This document shows positions 60,582 through 64,000 of a stretch of DNA of 64,000 nt, piece by piece. The notes beneath the pieces were generated by a model, which ran no database searches, was not told the origin of the DNA, and saw nothing but the letters and a program-made list of their open reading frames with translations. Each line of letters starts with the position of its first letter. Positions within the stretch are counted from its first letter, which is position 1. The DNA is from Gemmatimonadota bacterium (lineage in GTDB: Bacteria > Gemmatimonadota > Gemmatimonadetes > Gemmatimonadales > Gemmatimonadaceae): positions 243 through 64,242 of the forward strand of contig JACREJ010000025.1 in the NCBI GenBank assembly GCA_016218305.1. The letters run 5' to 3'. Made by a program: the position numbers and the translations under genes.

Positions 60582-61697
60582 TTACGCGCCGATGGCCTGC
60601 ATGAAGTCGTCGAAAAGCGGGCGCGCGTCGTGCGGACCTGGCGCCGCCTCGGGGTGGTACTGCACTGCGAAGATTGGCAACGACTTGTGCTTCAATCCCT
60701 CGATTGTGCCGTCGTTCAGGTTCACGTGCGTCACTTCGAGGTCCGGCGCACCGGGGATGCCGTCCACGCCGCCCTCGACGGCGAAGCCATGGTTCTGCGA
60801 GGTGATGAGCACGCGACCGGACGCAATGTCCTTCACCGGGTGATTCCCGCCGCGGTGCCCGTACGGGAGTTTCGTCGTGCGCCCACCAAAGGTGAGGCCG
60901 AGCAGCTGGTGGCCGAGGCAGATGCCGAAGATCGGTATCTTGCGCTCCGCGAGCGACTTGATGACGGCCGGCGCGTACGCGACGGCTTCGGGGTCGCCCG
61001 GCCCATTCGAGAGGAAGACGCCGTCCGGACGAAGGGCCAGTGCCTCATTCGCGCTCGTCGTCGACGGCACGACCGTCACCCGGCAGCCGCGCTCTTCGAA
61101 CAGGCGAAGGATGTTGCGCTTGATGCCGTAGTCGAAGGCGACGATATGCGGCGATCCGGCCGTCCCCGCGCACCATTCGTACGGCGCCTCGGTGGTCACC
61201 ACAGAGGCCAGGTCGAGCCCGGCCATGGGCGGACAGGCGTCCAGCACGGCGAGCGCTTCCTTGCTCACCTCCGAGCCCGCGGCGATCACCCCGCGCAGCA
61301 CCCCAACTGTCCTCAAGTGCCGTGTGAGGCGACGTGTGTCAACCTCAGTCAATATTGGAACTTGCGCGCCAGTCAAATAGTCGTACAGACTGCCAGATGC
61401 CCGCCAGTTTGAATGCGTCGCCGAGAGCTCCCGCACCACGATGCCGCTGATCTGCGGACGCGCGGACTCGGGGTCTTCGAAGTTGATGCCGTAGTTGCCG
61501 ATCATGGGGGCGGTCATCACCACGATTTGGCCGCGGAACGAGGGGTCGGTGAAGACCTCCTGGTAGCCGCTCATGTTCGTGGTGAACACCACCTCGGCCA
61601 CCGACGGCGCCCCGATGGGCGCGGCGAGGCGGCCACGAAAAAGGGGTCCATCCTCGAGGAGGAGGAACCCCGGCTTTTCGTCGAGGAGCGCGGTCAC
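60582..61697 (-). CDS. carA: Carbamoyl-phosphate synthase small (glutaminase) subunit
   Basis: ORF trimmed to GTG 61697 (VTALLDEKPGFLLLEDG), 7 nt after the secG stop. GICLGHQ and YHPEA triad; 371 aa. Confidence 0.94.
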   Translation of the reverse strand: MTALLDEKPGFLLLEDGPLFRGRLAAPIGAPSVAEVVFTTNMSGYQEVFTDPSFRGQIVVMTAPMIGNYGINFEDPESARPQISGIVVRELSATHSNWRASGSLYDYLTGAQVPILTEVDTRRLTRHLRTVGVLRGVIAAGSEVSKEALAVLDACPPMAGLDLASVVTTEAPYEWCAGTAGSPHIVAFDYGIKRNILRLFEERGCRVTVVPSTTSANEALALRPDGVFLSNGPGDPEAVAYAPAVIKSLAERKIPIFGICLGHQLLGLTFGGRTTKLPYGHRGGNHPVKDIASGRVLITSQNHGFAVEGGVDGIPGAPDLEVTHVNLNDGTIEGLKHKSLPIFAVQYHPEAAPGPHDARPLFDDFMQAIGA

Positions 61698-61704
61698 TGA
61701 GCCG

Positions 61705-62106
61705 TCAGGGCTGCTTCGCGGGAGCGGGCGTGGTGGGCGCGGGCGTCGCCGGCGCCGTCTGGAGCGGCACCACGGACTGGCCTGCGCCACCCTGCGTGGC
61801 GGGCGCGGTCGGAGCGGCGGGCGGCGGAGCCGCTACGGCCTTGTCCAGCACCGACGTCGGCGTGCGGCCGCGTGCCGACGCCACCTGCAGCACGAACGCG
61901 AGGAAGATGAAGATGCCGCCCGCCCACCAGCTGGTCTTGGTCAGCAGGTTGCCGGCCTGACGCGTGCCAAGCAGTGCGTCGGCGGAGGACGAAGCCCCGC
62001 CGAAGCTCGCAGCCAGCCCGCCGCCCTTCCCGCTCTGGAGCAGGATGGCCGCGACGAGCACAATGCTGTCAATAATCAGCAGGATGACGAGAAATCTGGT
62101 GAGCAT
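61705..62106 (-). CDS. secG: Preprotein translocase subunit SecG with a Pro/Ala/Thr-rich C-terminal tail
   Basis: 133 aa. LLQSGKGGGLAASFGG motif and 2 TM, then a ~50-aa low-complexity tail. Confidence 0.85.
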   Translation of the reverse strand: MLTRFLVILLIIDSIVLVAAILLQSGKGGGLAASFGGASSSADALLGTRQAGNLLTKTSWWAGGIFIFLAFVLQVASARGRTPTSVLDKAVAAPPPAAPTAPATQGGAGQSVVPLQTAPATPAPTTPAPAKQP

Positions 62107-62166
62107 CGAGGTCCCGGGGTGATTCCGTAGGTAAGCCTTGAATCCTAAGCAACTTACATGCCCAGA

Positions 62167-62919
62167 TCAAGTGAGGACGATCGAAGCCCATCCTTCGGCG
62201 TCCAGACTGGCCCCGCCAACGAGCAGGCCATCCACCTCCGGCGCGGCAAGCAGGTCCGCCGCGTTGCCGCGATTGACCGAACCGCCGTACAGGATCGGCA
62301 CTGCCAGGCTGCCGCTGTCGAGGATGCGACGCAACTCCTCGCCAATGGCCTGGTGCACGGAGCTCGCGTCGGCCGGAGTCGCCGTCTTGCCGGTGCCGAT
62401 CGCCCAGACCGGCTCGTACGCAATGATCGCGTTCCCCGCCTCGGCGCTCGTCACGGTGCTGAGCGCGGCGCGCAACTGGCGCAGCACGACCTGCTCCGTC
62501 TGCCCCGCTTCGCGCTGCGCCAGCGTCTCGCCGACGCACACGATGGGCGTGAGCCCCGCGCGCGTCGCGGCCGCCACCTTCTTGCCCGCCTCCTCGTCCG
62601 TCTCGCCAAAGACGTGGCGGCGCTCGGAGTGGCCGACGAGCACGTACTTGGCGCCGGACGCGCGCGCGATGGTGCCGGAATTCTCGCCGGTGTACGCGCC
62701 CTTGTCCTCCCAGTAGATGTTCTGCACGCCGAGCTGGATGTCGGGCCGGTCCTTCAGCGCGCCGACCACGGCGCCGAACGACAGCGCCGGCGGGAAGAAG
62801 ATGACGCTGCGATCCTGCCGCTTGCCGAAGTGCGCAAGGAAGGTGCGCATGAACGCCGTCGCATCCGCCGGCGCGTGGTTCATTTTCCAGTTGGCGGCAA
62901 AAATCGGTTGCTTCATCAC
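62167..62919 (-). CDS. tpiA: Triosephosphate isomerase
   Basis: (M)[20 protein letters not shown] and [10 protein letters not shown]. The start is GTG 62919 or ATG 62916; both overlap the pgk stop. Confidence 0.96.
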   Translation of the reverse strand: MMKQPIFAANWKMNHAPADATAFMRTFLAHFGKRQDRSVIFFPPALSFGAVVGALKDRPDIQLGVQNIYWEDKGAYTGENSGTIARASGAKYVLVGHSERRHVFGETDEEAGKKVAAATRAGLTPIVCVGETLAQREAGQTEQVVLRQLRAALSTVTSAEAGNAIIAYEPVWAIGTGKTATPADASSVHQAIGEELRRILDSGSLAVPILYGGSVNRGNAADLLAAPEVDGLLVGGASLDAEGWASIVLT

Positions 62920-64000
62920 TTGTCATCCAGGGCCGCGACGCCCGGCAGCACCTTGCCCTCGAGGAATTCGAGGGAGGCGCCACCGCCCGTCGAGACGTGG
63001 CTCATCTTCGCGGCGAGTCCCGCGCCTTCCACGGCCGCGGCCGAGTCGCCGCCGCCGACCACCGTGATGCACCCCTTGGCGGTGGCGTCGGCCATGGCGC
63101 GCGCCACGATGTTCGTGCCGTTGTCGAACGGCGGCGTCTCGAACACGCCCATCGGGCCGTTCCATACCACGGTCTTCGCGCTCAGGATCGCGCGCGCATA
63201 CGACGCCGCGGTGTCGGGGCCGATGTCGAGCATCGCCTCCGTCGCCGGAATGGCATCGCGCTTCACCGCATGCGCCTTCGCCCCCTCGGCGATGGCGGGC
63301 GCCACCGTGGCGTCGTGCGGCAGGATGAGCACCGTGCCCGCGCGATCCACCAGCGCGGCGGCCATCTCCACGCGATCGGGCTCCACGAGCGACGTGCCCG
63401 TCTCGAAGCCCATCGCCTTGTAGAAGGTGCAGGCCATCGCACCGCCCACGAGCAGCGCATCCACCTTGGGGAGAAGCGCCTCGATGACGTCGATCTTCCC
63501 CGAGATCTTGGAGCCGCCGAGGATGGCCACGAACGGCCGCTTCGGATGCTCGAGCGCGCCGCCGAGGTACTCGAGTTCCTTTTCCATCAGGAGCCCCGCC
63601 ACCGCGGGGCGCAGCAGCTTCGCCACGGCCTCGGTGCTCGCGTGCGCCCGATGCGCCGAGCCGAACGCGTCGTTCACGTAGAAATCACCGAGCTTCGCCA
63701 TGGCTTCGGCGAGCGCGGCGTCGTTCTTCTCCTCGCCCTTCTCGAAGCGCGTGTTCTCGACGACGAGCACCTCGCCGTCCTTCAGCGCGCGGGACGCGGC
63801 TTCCGCCTCAGCGCCGACGACGGACGGGCAGAACGCCACCGGCTTGCCGAGCAACTCCTGCAGGCGCCTGGCCACCGGGGCGAGCGAGTACTTCGGGTCC
63901 GGGCCGCCCTTGGGACGGCCGAGGTGCGAGCAGAGGACCACGCGGGCGCCGCCCTTGATGAGCAGCTGCAGCGTGGGGAGTGCGGCGCGGATGCGGGTGT
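62916..64000 (-). CDS. pgk: Phosphoglycerate kinase (5' end, about 35 codons, lies beyond the window)
   Basis: The frame is open to 64000. ...[31 protein letters not shown]..., with a C-terminal [14 protein letters not shown]. Confidence 0.95.
   Translation of the reverse strand, partial: TRIRAALPTLQLLIKGGARVVLCSHLGRPKGGPDPKYSLAPVARRLQELLGKPVAFCPSVVGAEAEAASRALKDGEVLVVENTRFEKGEEKNDAALAEAMAKLGDFYVNDAFGSAHRAHASTEAVAKLLRPAVAGLLMEKELEYLGGALEHPKRPFVAILGGSKISGKIDVIEALLPKVDALLVGGAMACTFYKAMGFETGTSLVEPDRVEMAAALVDRAGTVLILPHDATVAPAIAEGAKAHAVKRDAIPATEAMLDIGPDTAASYARAILSAKTVVWNGPMGVFETPPFDNGTNIVARAMADATAKGCITVVGGGDSAAAVEGAGLAAKMSHVSTGGGASLEFLEGKVLPGVAALDDK

Overview
High-GC (roughly two-thirds G+C by eye) chromosomal core region of an LPS-producing Gram-negative bacterium. 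The gene content (futalosine menaquinone pathway, type-B succinate dehydrogenase, 14-subunit complex I) fits Gemmatimonadota or a neighbouring phylum, but I cannot verify the taxon. About 60 genes lie on the minus strand; only dcd and a small secreted protein gene (48.9-50.1 kb) are on the plus strand. At least 19 gene junctions are ATGA/GTGA 4-nt overlaps. From high to low coordinate the order is: pgk-tpiA-secG-carA, an HU/IHF gene, moaD-moaE-moaA, mdh-sdhCAB, an S9 peptidase plus a serpin, then the divergent dcd island. Next come nuoA-N, a phosphomannomutase, a UPF0182 protein, sucCD and ndk. These are followed by yceD-rpmF-plsX-fabHDG-acpP-fabF-mqnE-mqnA-mqnC, a Clp_N-IspF fusion, dedA-xerD-trpG and an M19 dipeptidase. 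The last block is kdsB-pyrG-kdsA-kdsC-kdsD-lptC-lptA-lptB-rpoN, followed by a GT2/GT4/flippase-like/YfhO-like glycosylation module. I found no tRNA, rRNA, CRISPR array, transposase or recognisable defence system. The points most worth a second look are: (1) a single in-frame TAG splitting nuoM in an otherwise intact nuo operon; (2) two 44-nt arrays of an 11-nt low-GC tandem repeat that bracket nuoE, each starting right after a stop codon; (3) a dispersed family of tandem G-rich heptamers (GGAGAYG x3-4) in leaders and inside two coding regions; (4) a REP/MITE-like palindromic element family (core GAAGGGCGCGAAGGG) in 3' UTRs; (5) unusual architectures, namely Clp_N-IspF, LptB with a 168-aa N-terminal extension, a His-rich NuoL loop and a Cx5Cx2C radical-SAM motif; (6) a lipoprotein serpin next to a secreted S9 peptidase. 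Many ORF-track entries have spurious N-terminal extensions or are antisense shadow ORFs. I trimmed starts using homology-like N-termini and stop/start overlaps read from the sequence. All family assignments come from motif recognition by eye, not from database searches.
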